64,000 nt of DNA from Pseudomonadota bacterium (GCA_016202695.1 JACQOE010000055.1:37202-101201), one strand, 5' to 3'; counted from the first letter of the stretch, positions 38,560-49,807 are shown. Notes: generated by a model not told the origin, from the letters alone. Numbers and translations are program-made.

Positions 38560-39708
38560 CTAAGCACCGGCGGTCACGGGCGAGGACGACCCGACCGCCG
38601 GCTCCTCCCCCGGGCAAGAAAGCGCCCCGGCAGCGGCGCCGAGGTCGTCCCTCATGATCGCCTCGCGGAGCGCGGCCATCAGCTCCTGATAGTGCCGGAG
38701 ATTATGCCAGGTGAGCAGCATCGGCCCCAGCATCTCGTGGCAGCGGAAGAGATGATGGAGGTAGGCACGGCTGTAGCCCCGGCAGGCCGGGCAGCCGCAG
38801 CCCTCGTCGAGGGGCCGCTCGTCGCCGGCGAAGCGGGCGTTGCGGAGGTTGATCCGCCCCCGGCGCGTAAACGCCTGGCCGGTGCGCCCCGACCGGGTCG
38901 GGAGCACGCAGTCGAAGAGGTCGATTCCGCGAGCGACGGCGGCCACGATCTCCTGGGGACGGCCGACCCCCATCAGATAGCGGGGCCGATCCTCGGGCAG
39001 CCGAGGGACCGTCCCATCGAGGACGCGGAGCATCGCCTCGGTCCCCTCGCCGACGGCAAGCCCACCCACCGCGTAGCCGTCGAACTCGATCCCCACCAGC
39101 CGCGCCGCCGACTCGGAGCGCAGCTCGGGATGGACGCCGCCCTGGACGATGCCGAACAAGCCGTGGCCGGGCCGCTCGCGGAACGCGGCCCGGCTGCGCT
39201 CGGCCCAGCGCATCGAGCGGCGCATCGAGGCCGCCGCCTCCTCGGCCGAGACCGGGTAGCGGGTGCATTCGTCGAAGCACATCGAGATGTCAGCCCCCAG
39301 GAGGTCCTGGATGGCGATGGAGCGCTCCGGCGTGAGGCGGTGCTCGCTTCCGTCGAAGTGGGAGCGGAAGACCACGCCGTCCTCGTCCGCGGCGCAGAGC
39401 GGCGCCAGCGACATCACCTGAAAGCCGCCGGAGTCGGTAAGGATCGGCCCCCGCCAGTTCATGAACTTGTGCAGACCGCCGAGCCCGGCGATCCGCTCGG
39501 CCCCGGGGCGGAGCATCAGGTGATAGGTGTTGCCGAGCACGATCTCGGCCCCGGTCGCGGCAACCGCTTCCGCGGTCATGGCCTTGACGGTGGCGGCCGT
39601 CCCCACCGGCATGAAGGCCGGGGTCTCGACCGTGCCGTGCGCGGTGTGGAGCCGGCCGCGCCGCGCCGCGCCGGCGGTGCCGAGGAGCGCGAATCCGAGC
39701 GCGCTCAT
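38560..39708 (-). CDS. tgt: Queuine tRNA-ribosyltransferase (tRNA-guanine transglycosylase)
   Basis: 382 aa; [23 protein letters not shown] and the zinc site CxCxxC...H ([16 protein letters not shown]). Confidence 0.9.
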   Translation of the reverse strand: MSALGFALLGTAGAARRGRLHTAHGTVETPAFMPVGTAATVKAMTAEAVAATGAEIVLGNTYHLMLRPGAERIAGLGGLHKFMNWRGPILTDSGGFQVMSLAPLCAADEDGVVFRSHFDGSEHRLTPERSIAIQDLLGADISMCFDECTRYPVSAEEAAASMRRSMRWAERSRAAFRERPGHGLFGIVQGGVHPELRSESAARLVGIEFDGYAVGGLAVGEGTEAMLRVLDGTVPRLPEDRPRYLMGVGRPQEIVAAVARGIDLFDCVLPTRSGRTGQAFTRRGRINLRNARFAGDERPLDEGCGCPACRGYSRAYLHHLFRCHEMLGPMLLTWHNLRHYQELMAALREAIMRDDLGAAAGALSCPGEEPAVGSSSPVTAGA

Positions 39709-40736
39709 CCGCCCCGCTCCAGGAGCGTGCAGTCGCCGTAGGAATAGAAGCGATACCGCCTCGCGATCGCCAAGTCGTAGGCCACCCGCATCCGCTCCAC
39801 CCCGGCGAAGGCCGAGACCAGCATGAACAGAGTCGAGCGCGGCAGATGGAAGTTGGTGAGCAGGAGGTCGACGGCGCGGAACGCGTATCCCGGGGTGATG
39901 AAGAGGTCGGTCTCGCCGACGAAGGGGCGGACGGTCCCGCCCGGCCCCGCCGCCGTCTCCAGGAGCCGGAGGGTCGTCGTCCCGACGGCAACGACCCTGC
40001 CGCCGCGAGAGCGCGCGCCGTTCACCGCGTCCGCCGTCGCCTCGGGGATCGTGCCCCGCTCGGAATGGAGGCGATGCTCGGCCACGTTCTCCACCTTGAC
40101 CGGGAGGAATGTTCCCGCGCCCACGTGCAGGGTGAGCATGGCCGCCTCGATCCCCCGTCCCCTCAGCGCGGTGAGGAGCCGGGGCGTGAGGTGCAGCCCG
40201 GCGGTGGGGGCGGCCACCGCGCCGTCGGCCCGCGCATAGACGGTCTGGTAGGACTCCGCGTCGGCGGGATCGGCCCCCCCGGGCCGCCGGATGTAGGGCG
40301 GAAGGGGCGTCGTTCCGTGCCGGCGCAGCGCGGCCGTGAAGGCGCCGCCCCGCCGGTCGAACACGAGACGCACCTCCCCGTCCGCCCCCTTTTCCCGCAC
40401 CTCGGCGGCGAAGTCCGGGGCGAAGTCGATCCGGTCGCCCGGCGCGAGGCGCCGCGCCGGGCGCGCGAAGGCGAGCCAGTCGCCGTCGCCCACCTCCTTG
40501 TGCAGCGTGACCTCGACCCGGGCCGTCCGCCGCCTGCCGGTCAGCCGCGCGGGGATGACCCGCGTATCGTTGAGGACGACGAGGTCGCCCGGCCTGAGAA
40601 GTCCCGGCAGGTCGCGCACGAGGCGGTCCGCGAAGTCGTTCCGGGCATCCAGAAGCCGGGCGCCGTCGCGCGGGGAAACGGGCCGCTGCGCGATCAGCTC
40701 GGAGGGAAGGCTGAAGTCGAAGTCGGCCGTCTTCAT
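39705..40736 (-). CDS. queA: S-adenosylmethionine:tRNA ribosyltransferase-isomerase
   Basis: Start at ATG 40736 gives [20 protein letters not shown]-terminal RFYSYGD motif. 4-nt overlap with tgt. Confidence 0.9.
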   Translation of the reverse strand: MKTADFDFSLPSELIAQRPVSPRDGARLLDARNDFADRLVRDLPGLLRPGDLVVLNDTRVIPARLTGRRRTARVEVTLHKEVGDGDWLAFARPARRLAPGDRIDFAPDFAAEVREKGADGEVRLVFDRRGGAFTAALRRHGTTPLPPYIRRPGGADPADAESYQTVYARADGAVAAPTAGLHLTPRLLTALRGRGIEAAMLTLHVGAGTFLPVKVENVAEHRLHSERGTIPEATADAVNGARSRGGRVVAVGTTTLRLLETAAGPGGTVRPFVGETDLFITPGYAFRAVDLLLTNFHLPRSTLFMLVSAFAGVERMRVAYDLAIARRYRFYSYGDCTLLERGG

Positions 40737-40835
40737 CCCCGCCGGCGCCCCTCCCGCCGGGGAAGCGCCCGTTGACAGGCCCGCTTCGGTTCTGCCATGT
40801 CGATTCCGGCCCTCGGCGGCCGAAGGAACCAGCAT

Positions 40836-41539
40836 ATGACCCACACCTCCGCGAAGTCCGGCTATTCGTTCTGGTTCCTGGCGATCACCGCGCTCTTCGT
40901 CACCTGCCTCATCGTCTCCAACACCACCGCGGTCAAGCTCGTCTCGGTCGCCGGCCTCGTCCTCCCCGGCGCCGTGGTCATCTTCCCGGTCAGTTATATC
41001 ATCGGCGACGTTCTCACCGAGGTCTACGGCTACGACCGGGCGCGCGCGGTCATCTGGCTCGGATTCGCCTGCAACCTGCTCACGGTCGCGGTCATCGCCC
41101 TGGTGGGCGCGATCCCCGCCGCCCCCTTCTGGGACGGCCAGGCCGCCTACGAGCGCATCCTCGGCGCCGCCCCGCGCATCCTGACCGCCTCGTTCCTCGC
41201 CTACCTGCTGGGGGAGTTCGCCAACGCCTACGTCCTCGCCCGGCTCAAGGTCAAGACCGGGGGGCGCTGGCTATGGCTGCGGACGATCGGCTCCACCCTG
41301 GTCGGGCAGTCGCTCGACTCGGCCGTTTTCATCACCGTCGCCTTCGCCGGGCTGCTGCCGCCGAAGGTGCTGTTGGCGACGATCGTCACCCAGGCGCTCG
41401 CCAAGACGGCCTACGAGGCGCTGGCGACTCCGCTCACCTATGCGGCGGTGGGCGCGCTCAAGCGCGCCGACGGCAGCGACGCATACGACTACGACCTGCG
41501 TTTCAATCCCTTTGCGGTCTCGGACCGATCCCGCCTACC

Positions 41540-41543
<4 letters not shown>
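40836..41543 (+). CDS. yhhQ: Queuosine-precursor transporter (YhhQ/DUF165 family)
   Basis: Polytopic membrane protein with the [18 protein letters not shown] motif. The start could be 40797 or 40836 (GAAGGAA RBS before 40836). Confidence 0.8.
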
Positions 41544-42796
<1,253 letters not shown>

Positions 42797-43297
42797 CCCC
42801 CGGAGACCCCTCGAATTCGGCTCGTCCACGTCCTCGCAAGACGACCCGACGACCCTCGAATCTCGGGACCCCCTCGCTTCCGTCGGGCCCGGCGGATTCC
42901 CTAATATTATTGTGATTTTTCGCCCAAGTCCCTCACTTGACAGGCTGGCATCTTGATGAGCACATCTTCGTGCCCAAATTTGGCAGGCCGACCACGGGGC
43001 GATCGGGCGGCATGGATGAGCGATTCGGGACCGTCGGAGAGGAAGGTTCCGCGGTCTTCGAACGGGTTCATCACCGGTTTCGCCCCCACGGCACCATCCA
43101 GGTGGAACGTCTTGAGCGACCGAGAGGCACGCGGCAACCAGAACCACCCGCACATGTGCTCGTCAGAGTGACAGAGGTGGCAGCGTGAGGCTGATCCCGA
43201 CGAAAGGCCGGCAGTGCCGGGGGCAGGGTGCCGCCCGGCGGGGCACTGCGCGCGCGCCGGTCGCCTGGCCCCGGGTCCCCGCCAGGGAGGTTTCGCC

Positions 43298-45085
43298 TTG
43301 AAGGCGACCGACATCAGCGCCCCCGATTACTTCCATAAGGTCGTCGACTGCCAGTGGGCGTGCCCGGCGCATACGCCCGTGCCCGAATATATCCGGCTGA
43401 TCGCGGCGAGGCGGTACGCCGACGCCTACATGCTCAACTGGGACTCCAACGTCTTCCCCGGAATCCTCGGCCGCACCTGCGACCGGCCGTGCGAGCCGGC
43501 CTGCCGCCGGGGCCGCGTGGAGAAGGAGCCGGTGGCGATCTGCCGGCTCAAGCGCGTCGCCGCCGACTACAAGGGCGATATTCGCCCCCGGCTGCCCTCG
43601 GTTCCGAGGCAGAAGAACGGCAAGCGGATCGCCCTCATCGGGGCGGGACCGGCCTCACTCACCGTCGCGCGCGACCTCCTGCCGTTCGGGTACCACGTCG
43701 TGATCTACGACCTGGATCCGCTGGCCGGCGGCATGATGCGGACCCAGATCCCGAAGTTCCGCCTGCCCCAATCGGTCCTCGACGAGGAGATTGGCTACAT
43801 CCTCGCCATGGGGCCGGAGTTGCGTCTCGGCCGACCGATCGCCAGCCTGAAGACGCTGCTCGCCGAGGGCTACGACGCGATCTTCGTCGGCTCCGGGGCG
43901 CCGCGGGGGCGCGACCTCGAAGTGCCCGGGAGGACCGAGGCGGCGGCACACATCCATATCGGCATCGACTGGCTGGCCGGGGTTTCCTTCGGCCATGTCG
44001 ATCGGATCGGCAAACGGGTCATCGTACTTGGCGGCGGCAACACCGCCATGGACTGCTGCCGGTCCTCCAAGCGCCTCGGCGGCGAGGATGTCCGTGTCGT
44101 CGTGCGCAGCGGCTTCGACGAGATGAAGGCGTCGCCCTGGGAGAAGGAGGACGCCACGCACGAGGGCATCCCGATCTTCAATTACCTCGTGCCCAAGGCA
44201 TTCGCCCATGAGGGCGGGCGCCTGACCGGGATGGTGTTCGAGAAGGTGGCGCCGAAGTACGACCAGCGCGGCCGCCGCAGCCTGATCCCGACCGGAGAGC
44301 CGGACGTGCGCATGGACTGCGACGACGTTCTGGTCGCCATCGGGCAGGAGAATGCCTTCCCCTGGATCGAACGGGACAGCGGCATCAAGTTCGACCGTTG
44401 GGGCATGCCGGTCGTGGACCCGGAGACCATGCAGTCGACCCTGCCGAACGTCTTCTTCGGCGGCGATGCCGCCTTCGGCCCCAAGAACGTCATCTGGGCG
44501 GTCGCCCACGGGCACGACGCGGCGATCTCGATCGACAGGCTTTGCAACGGCGCGGATGTCCGCGATCGGCCCCATCCGAGCGTAAATCTGGTCAGCCAGA
44601 AGATGGGCATCCACGAGTGGAGCTACGACAACCAGGTCTCGAACGACCTGCGCTATCGCGTGCCGGTGCGGGACACGGCAGTCACGCTCAAGGACATCAG
44701 GATCGAGGTCGAACTCGGCTACGACGAAAAGCTGGCCTACGTCGAGGCCCAGCGTTGCCTGAACTGCGACGTGCAAACCGTGTTCACGGCCAGCCTTTGC
44801 ATCGAATGCGATGCCTGCGTCGATATCTGTCCTACGGACTGCATCACCTTCACCCAGGACGGGTCGGAAGAAGAACTGCGGGGTCGGCTGAAGGCGCCCG
44901 CCGTGAACCTGACGCAGGCTCTCTACGTCTCCGACGTTCTGCCGACCGAGCGCGTCATGGTCAAGGACGAGGATGTCTGCCTGCACTGCGGCCTGTGCGC
45001 GGAGCGCTGTCCGACGGGGGCATGGGACATGCAGAAGTTCTTTCTCGAAACGGCGCAAGCGGGGCACGCATGCCGAAGCCGATAG
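43298..45085 (+). CDS. GltD-like NAD(P)H flavoprotein fused to a C-terminal 2x[4Fe-4S] ferredoxin domain
   Basis: CQWACPAHTPVPEYI and TCDRPCEPACRRG N-terminal clusters, GAGPASL dinucleotide fold, C-terminal CLNCD...CIECDACVDICP and CLHCGLCAERCP. TTG 43298 (GGGAGG RBS) is preferred over GTG 43214. Confidence 0.75.
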   Translation: MKATDISAPDYFHKVVDCQWACPAHTPVPEYIRLIAARRYADAYMLNWDSNVFPGILGRTCDRPCEPACRRGRVEKEPVAICRLKRVAADYKGDIRPRLPSVPRQKNGKRIALIGAGPASLTVARDLLPFGYHVVIYDLDPLAGGMMRTQIPKFRLPQSVLDEEIGYILAMGPELRLGRPIASLKTLLAEGYDAIFVGSGAPRGRDLEVPGRTEAAAHIHIGIDWLAGVSFGHVDRIGKRVIVLGGGNTAMDCCRSSKRLGGEDVRVVVRSGFDEMKASPWEKEDATHEGIPIFNYLVPKAFAHEGGRLTGMVFEKVAPKYDQRGRRSLIPTGEPDVRMDCDDVLVAIGQENAFPWIERDSGIKFDRWGMPVVDPETMQSTLPNVFFGGDAAFGPKNVIWAVAHGHDAAISIDRLCNGADVRDRPHPSVNLVSQKMGIHEWSYDNQVSNDLRYRVPVRDTAVTLKDIRIEVELGYDEKLAYVEAQRCLNCDVQTVFTASLCIECDACVDICPTDCITFTQDGSEEELRGRLKAPAVNLTQALYVSDVLPTERVMVKDEDVCLHCGLCAERCPTGAWDMQKFFLETAQAGHACRSR

Positions 45086-46911
45086 CCCGGATCAACGATT
45101 TCGTCGTCAAGTTCGCCAACGTCAACGGGTCGGGCTCGGCGAGCGCGAACCAGCTGTTCGCAAGGGCGATCCTGCGCATGGGGGTGCCGGCCACCCCGCG
45201 CAACATCTTCCCCTCCAACATCCAGGGCCTGCCCACCTGGTACGAGGTCAGGATTTCGGAGGCCGGCTATCTCGGCGCCCGCGGCGGCATCGACCTGATG
45301 GTCGCCATGAATCCCCAGACCTGGGACAAGGACGTGGCCGGGATCGAGCCCGGCGGCTACCTCTTCTACGATTCGAGCAAGCCGCTGCCGGAGTCGAAAT
45401 TCCGCGACGACATCAACGTGATCGGCGTGCCGCTGACCGAGATCTGCAACCGTGCCTACACCGACGCCCGCCAGCGCCAGCTGTTCAAGAACATCATGTA
45501 TGTCGGCGCGCTGTCCGCCCTGCTGGAGGTCGATTCAGCCGAAATCGAGAAGCTCATCGGCGAGCAGTTCGCGGGCAAGGATAAGCTGATCGCGCCCAAC
45601 GTCGCGGCCTTCCGCATGGGTCGGGACTACGCGCTGTCCAACCTCGACTGTCCGATCGGGCTCCGGGTCCGGCGCGCCGCGGCGGTCGGGGACCGCATCT
45701 TCGTCGACGGCAACTCCGCCGCCGCGCTCGGCTGTGTCTACGGCGGCGCCACGGTCGCGGCCTGGTATCCGATCACGCCCTCCTCGTCGTTGGCCGAGGC
45801 GTTCACCCGCCATTGCCGCAGGTACCGGGTCGGCCGTGAGGACGGCAAGAGCCGATACGCGATCATCCAGGCGGAAGACGAGCTGGCCTCGATCGGGATC
45901 GTCATCGGCGCGGCGTGGAACGGGGCGCGCGCATTTACCGCCACCTCCGGACCCGGCATCTCGCTGATGCAGGAGTTCCTGGGTCTCGCCTACTTCGCCG
46001 AGATTCCGGCGGTCCTTTTCGACGTGCAGCGCGCCGGCCCCTCGACCGGCATGCCGACGCGCACCCAGCAGGGGGACGTGCTCTCCTGCGCCTATGCCTC
46101 CCACGGCGACACCAAGCACGTGCTCCTTTTCCCCGAGGATCCGCACGAGTGCTTCGAGTTCGGAGCCGCGGCGTTCGACCTTGCCGATCGGTTGCAGACG
46201 CCGGTCTTCGTCCTGCTCGATCTCGAGATCGGCATGAACGAGCGGCTGTGCGCGCCGCTGGCGTGGGACGATGCGCGCCGGATGGACCGCGGCAAGGTGA
46301 TGACGTTCGAGGACCTCGAATCGGGCAAGGAGTTCGGCCGCTATCTCGATGTCGACGGCGACGGCATCCCGTACCGCACCTATCCCGGAACGCATCCCAA
46401 GCGGGGCGCCTTCTTCACCCGCGGCACCTCGCGCGACCGCCATGCCCGCTACAGCGAGGAGGGGCCGGTCTACGCCGACAACATGCAGCGCCTGCTGCGG
46501 AAGTTCGAAACGGCGAAGGGGCTGGTTCCGAAGCCGGTCCTGCACCCGGCAAGGCATTCGACCCGCCTCGGCGCCATCTACTACGGCTCGACCAGCCCGG
46601 CGATGCAGGAGGCCCTCGACGCCCTCGAATCCGACGGCACCTGCGTCGATGCCCTGCGCGTGCGCGCATTCCCGTTCCGCGACGAGGTGATCGATTTCAT
46701 AGCCGCGCACGACGAGGTGTTCGTGGTGGAACAGAACCGCGACGCCCAGCTCCGCATGCTGCTCGTCAACGAAGGCGGCATCGATCCCGCCAGGTTGATC
46801 CCGGTCCTGCATTACGACGGCACGCCCATCACCGCCCGCTTCATCGCCGGTGAAATCGCGAAGAAGCTGGCGGCGTTCAACGTCACTCCGCTCCGCAAGG
46901 TCGTGTCATGA
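45070..46911 (+). CDS. korA: 2-oxoacid (2-oxoglutarate):ferredoxin oxidoreductase alpha subunit
   Basis: NDFVVKFANVNGSGSASANQLF start. 613 aa. 16-nt overlap with the upstream gene. Confidence 0.85.
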   Translation: MPKPIARINDFVVKFANVNGSGSASANQLFARAILRMGVPATPRNIFPSNIQGLPTWYEVRISEAGYLGARGGIDLMVAMNPQTWDKDVAGIEPGGYLFYDSSKPLPESKFRDDINVIGVPLTEICNRAYTDARQRQLFKNIMYVGALSALLEVDSAEIEKLIGEQFAGKDKLIAPNVAAFRMGRDYALSNLDCPIGLRVRRAAAVGDRIFVDGNSAAALGCVYGGATVAAWYPITPSSSLAEAFTRHCRRYRVGREDGKSRYAIIQAEDELASIGIVIGAAWNGARAFTATSGPGISLMQEFLGLAYFAEIPAVLFDVQRAGPSTGMPTRTQQGDVLSCAYASHGDTKHVLLFPEDPHECFEFGAAAFDLADRLQTPVFVLLDLEIGMNERLCAPLAWDDARRMDRGKVMTFEDLESGKEFGRYLDVDGDGIPYRTYPGTHPKRGAFFTRGTSRDRHARYSEEGPVYADNMQRLLRKFETAKGLVPKPVLHPARHSTRLGAIYYGSTSPAMQEALDALESDGTCVDALRVRAFPFRDEVIDFIAAHDEVFVVEQNRDAQLRMLLVNEGGIDPARLIPVLHYDGTPITARFIAGEIAKKLAAFNVTPLRKVVS

Positions 46912-47963
46912 GCTATCTCGCCAAACCGACGCTCCATCATCCCAAGCTGCCGGTCAACAAGCTGGGCTACACCCGCCGCGACTACGAGGGAGCGGTGTCG
47001 ACCCTGTGCGCGGGCTGCGGCCACGATTCGATCAGCGCCGCGATCATCCAGGCGTGCTTCGAGCTCGACCTGCCGCCGCACCGCATCGCCAAGGTTTCGG
47101 GGATCGGCTGCTCCTCGAAGACGCCGACCTATTTCCTCGGCAACTCCCACGGCTTCAACAGCGTCCACGGCCGGATGCCGTCGGTGCTGACCGGCGCCAA
47201 CCTCGCCAACCGCGACCTGATCTACCTTGGCGTCTCGGGCGACGGCGATTCCGCCTCGATCGGGCTCGGGCAGTTCGCCCATTGCATGCGCCGCGGCGTG
47301 AACATGGTCTACATCGTCGAGAACAACGGCGTGTACGGGCTCACCAAGGGCCAGTTCTCCGCCACCTCGGACAAGGGCTCCAAGAGCAAGCGCGGCGTCG
47401 TCAACACAGACTCCGCGATCGACTTGGTGAGCATGGCGCTCCAGCTCGGCGCGACGTTCGTCGCCCGGAGCTTCTCGGGCGACAAGGCGCAGCTGGTGCC
47501 GCTGATCAAGGCCGCCATCCTGCACCGGGGCGCCGCCTTCATCGACTGCATCTCGCCCTGCGTCGCGTTCAACAACCATGCCGGCTCGACCAAGAGCTTC
47601 GACTTCGTCCGCGAGCACAACGAGGCCGTGAACTTCCTCGACGTGATCGTGGGCCGCGACTCGATCGCGGTCGACTACGCCCCCGGGACGGTGGTCGAGG
47701 TCCGCCAGCACGACGGCTCGATCCTGCGCCTGCGCAAGGTCGTCGCCGAGTACGATCCGCACAACCGCGTCGTGGCGCTGAACTATCTCCAGGAGCGGCA
47801 GGCGGCGGGCGAGTTCGCCACCGGATTGCTCTATGTCGAGCCGGAGCCCGAGGACCTGCACGCCCACCTGAACACCGTGGAGACGCCCCTCAATCGGCTG
47901 ACCGAGGCGGAGCTCTGCCCCGGCTCCGCGGCGCTGGAGCGTTTCAACGCCGCGCACCGGTAG
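46908..47963 (+). CDS. korB: 2-oxoacid:ferredoxin oxidoreductase beta subunit (TPP-binding)
   Basis: 351 aa; CAGCGHD and GDGDSASIG TPP motif; ATGA overlap with korA. Confidence 0.85.
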   Translation: MSYLAKPTLHHPKLPVNKLGYTRRDYEGAVSTLCAGCGHDSISAAIIQACFELDLPPHRIAKVSGIGCSSKTPTYFLGNSHGFNSVHGRMPSVLTGANLANRDLIYLGVSGDGDSASIGLGQFAHCMRRGVNMVYIVENNGVYGLTKGQFSATSDKGSKSKRGVVNTDSAIDLVSMALQLGATFVARSFSGDKAQLVPLIKAAILHRGAAFIDCISPCVAFNNHAGSTKSFDFVREHNEAVNFLDVIVGRDSIAVDYAPGTVVEVRQHDGSILRLRKVVAEYDPHNRVVALNYLQERQAAGEFATGLLYVEPEPEDLHAHLNTVETPLNRLTEAELCPGSAALERFNAAHR

Positions 47964-48050
47964 CGCTTCGGAGCGGACTCGGGCAGGCGGCCGGTCGTCG
48001 GTTTCGCGGCCCGCTGCCGGCTCATACCGGAGAGCCTTATGATTGTCGCG

Positions 48051-48166
48051 TCATTCCGTGCGCGCCGCAGCACGGAGTGGCGCGGCGCAGACACGGAACC
48101 CCGTGCCGCTTCGACGGGATGCCGGATCAGCGATGCACCGCTCAAGCGCTGCAACGCATCCGGCAT
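48051..48166. repeat. REP-like palindromic cluster in a convergent intergenic region
   Basis: Stems CCGTGC/GCACGG, CACGG/CCGTG and the 9-bp pair ATGCCGGAT (48119..48127) / ATCCGGCAT (48158..48166) enclosing CAGCG/CGCTG. The sequence class resembles palindromic repeats common in alphaproteobacterial intergenic DNA. Confidence 0.5.
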
Positions 48167-48194
48167 GACGAGTCGTGAACAAGGCTCGGGGTTC

Positions 48195-48662
48195 TCAGCC
48201 CGGAGGCTCCCTCCAGCCCTTCCAGCTCCGCCGGATGGCCTCGCATTCGGGAACCCGGACCCCGGTCACCACCTCCATCGTCCGCCGGGTCATCCGCATC
48301 AGCTTCTCGATCGCGTAATCGCCGTAGTCGGTGCGCCGCATCCCGGCATGCCGGGCCCCCAGGACCACGCGCGAGACCTTGGCCTCCTGGAGCGCCCAGC
48401 CGCACATCGGGCAGGGTTCCATGGCGGTGTAGCAGGTGGCGCCGGAGAGGTCGGTGGTGCCGAGCCGGCGGCAGGCGTCGCGGATGGCGACCATCTCGGC
48501 GTGGGCGGTGGGGTCGGTGTCGGAGCTCGCCCGGTTGCGGCCCCTGCCCAGCACCTTGCCGTCGCGCACGATCACCGAGCCGACCGGGACGTTGCCTTCC
48601 TCGAGCGCCTTGCGCGATTCCTCCAGCGCCAGGCCCATGAAGTGGTCGTGGTCCAATGGCAT
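48195..48662 (-). CDS. CMP/dCMP-type zinc deaminase (TadA/guanine-deaminase-like nucleoside deaminase)
   Basis: HAE...PCPMC zinc motif; 155 aa with an atypical C-terminal extension. Confidence 0.75.
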   Translation of the reverse strand: MPLDHDHFMGLALEESRKALEEGNVPVGSVIVRDGKVLGRGRNRASSDTDPTAHAEMVAIRDACRRLGTTDLSGATCYTAMEPCPMCGWALQEAKVSRVVLGARHAGMRRTDYGDYAIEKLMRMTRRTMEVVTGVRVPECEAIRRSWKGWREPPG

Positions 48663-48691
48663 GGTCTTCCTCCCTTGGCTTTCGCTTCGCC

Positions 48692-48965
48692 CTAGAGCCT
48701 TTTCCTATCAGATTGAATCGCTGCGCCGAGGAGATTTTTCGACGTGGGCAGGAGAAGGGCGAAGAGCGTAGCGGGGACTACGGTCAAGCCCTTCGACAAA
48801 CCCACGGCGAGAAATCTCCCCGCCCCATGGGGTTGCGCGGGGGCGGGCGCCCGCGGCGTTGCGCCGCTCGACCGATGGCCCCGCATCGCCCTTCGCGGCG
48901 CGCCTTGCGGATCGCCTCGCCCGCGCCCAACGCAGCCGGTTCAATCCGATAGGAAAAGGCTCTAG
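48692..48965. mobile_element. 274-bp non-autonomous element bounded by ~28-34-bp terminal inverted repeats (MITE-like)
   Basis: Left CTAGAGCCTTTTCCTATCAGATTGAATCG versus the reverse complement of the right end, CTAGAGCCTTTTCCTATCGGATTGAACCG (2 mismatches in 28, then CTGCG after a 1-nt indel). Flanked by TA/CTAG. No credible internal ORF. Confidence 0.55.
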
Positions 48966-49807
48966 GCGCGGATCGGCTCGAGCCGGGCGACGTAGTCGTA
49001 GACCGTCTCGGCGACGTAGATGTTGCCCTCCGCGTCGCCGCGGATGCCGTGCCCCTCCTTGGGCACCGGCATGCAGCGCCCGACCACGGTCCCGTCGGCG
49101 GTCAACGCCGTCGTCCGCGGAATCTGGTCGGCAACGTAGACGATCCCGTCGCGGTCGGCGAAGACGTCCATCGGCTTGTAGAGGTCGCGCCACTCGGTCA
49201 GGTACCCGCCCTCGGGGTCGAAGATCTGGATGCGGTTGTTCTCGCGGTCGCCGACCAGAACCCGGCCGTCGGCCAGCACCCAGATGCCGTGCGGGGTGGT
49301 GAACTTCCCCGGCCCGCTTCCCGGCCCGCCCCAGCTCCGCCGGAGCGTGCCATCGGCGGAGAACCAGTGGACCATCGAGTTGGCGTAGCCGTCGGAGACG
49401 TAGAAGTCCCCGTTGGGGGCCACCGCCACGTCGGTGGGGTGGTTGAACGGCGCCTGGAGCCGCGGGCGCTGGCGGTCGCCGACCGTGAACAGGAGCCGCC
49501 CCTCGGGATCGAAGACCATGACCTGGTGGCCGCCCCGGTCCACCAGCCAGACCCGGTCGTCGGGCGCGATGAAGATGCCGTGCCCGTCGGCGATCATCCC
49601 CTGCCCCCAGGAGCGCAGGTAGTCGCCGTTGCGGTCGAACACCACCACCGGCGGGTCGATGCGCTGGAAGACGTAGACGTTGCCCTTCGAGTCGGCTGCG
49701 ACCTTGCTCATCTGGCCGAGGCGCAGGCCCTTGGGCAGGCGGCCCCAGCCGCGGGTGAGCCGGTAGCGGCGCGGCCCCAGGGCGACGGTGATCTCGGGGT
49801 TGGCCAT
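48962..49807 (-). CDS. NHL-repeat six-bladed beta-propeller protein
   Basis: Start at ATG 49807 (GGAGGAAACG RBS). Repeated hP.GhhV..dG.hhVhD blades. 281 aa with no signal peptide. The stop codon lies inside the terminal CTAG of the MITE-like element. Confidence 0.75.
   Translation of the reverse strand: MANPEITVALGPRRYRLTRGWGRLPKGLRLGQMSKVAADSKGNVYVFQRIDPPVVVFDRNGDYLRSWGQGMIADGHGIFIAPDDRVWLVDRGGHQVMVFDPEGRLLFTVGDRQRPRLQAPFNHPTDVAVAPNGDFYVSDGYANSMVHWFSADGTLRRSWGGPGSGPGKFTTPHGIWVLADGRVLVGDRENNRIQIFDPEGGYLTEWRDLYKPMDVFADRDGIVYVADQIPRTTALTADGTVVGRCMPVPKEGHGIRGDAEGNIYVAETVYDYVARLEPIRA

Noticed and set aside
40737-40835. Possible preQ1 riboswitch in the queA/yhhQ spacer: hairpin CGGCC-CUCGGC-GGCCG followed by AAGGAACC next to the RBS.
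   Set aside because: The loop is too short, and the conserved A-rich tail and loop nucleotides of preQ1-I are missing. The CTTCGG/CCGAAG pairing could be chance in GC-rich DNA.
43030-43225. Strings faintly resembling RNase P (GGAGAGGAAGGTTCCGCGG) and the tmRNA 5' end (GAGGCTGATCCCGACG).
   Set aside because: Only short partial matches. The other universally conserved blocks, a tag-peptide reading frame and a tRNA-like acceptor end are all absent.
42907-43314. 135-aa minus-strand ORF (and its internal 54-aa MNPFEDRG... version) in the kor upstream gap.
   Set aside because: Third-position GC is much lower than in genuine genes here, there is no RBS and no recognisable motif, and it overlaps the start of the gltD-like gene. 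Kept only as part of the unexplained-gap finding.
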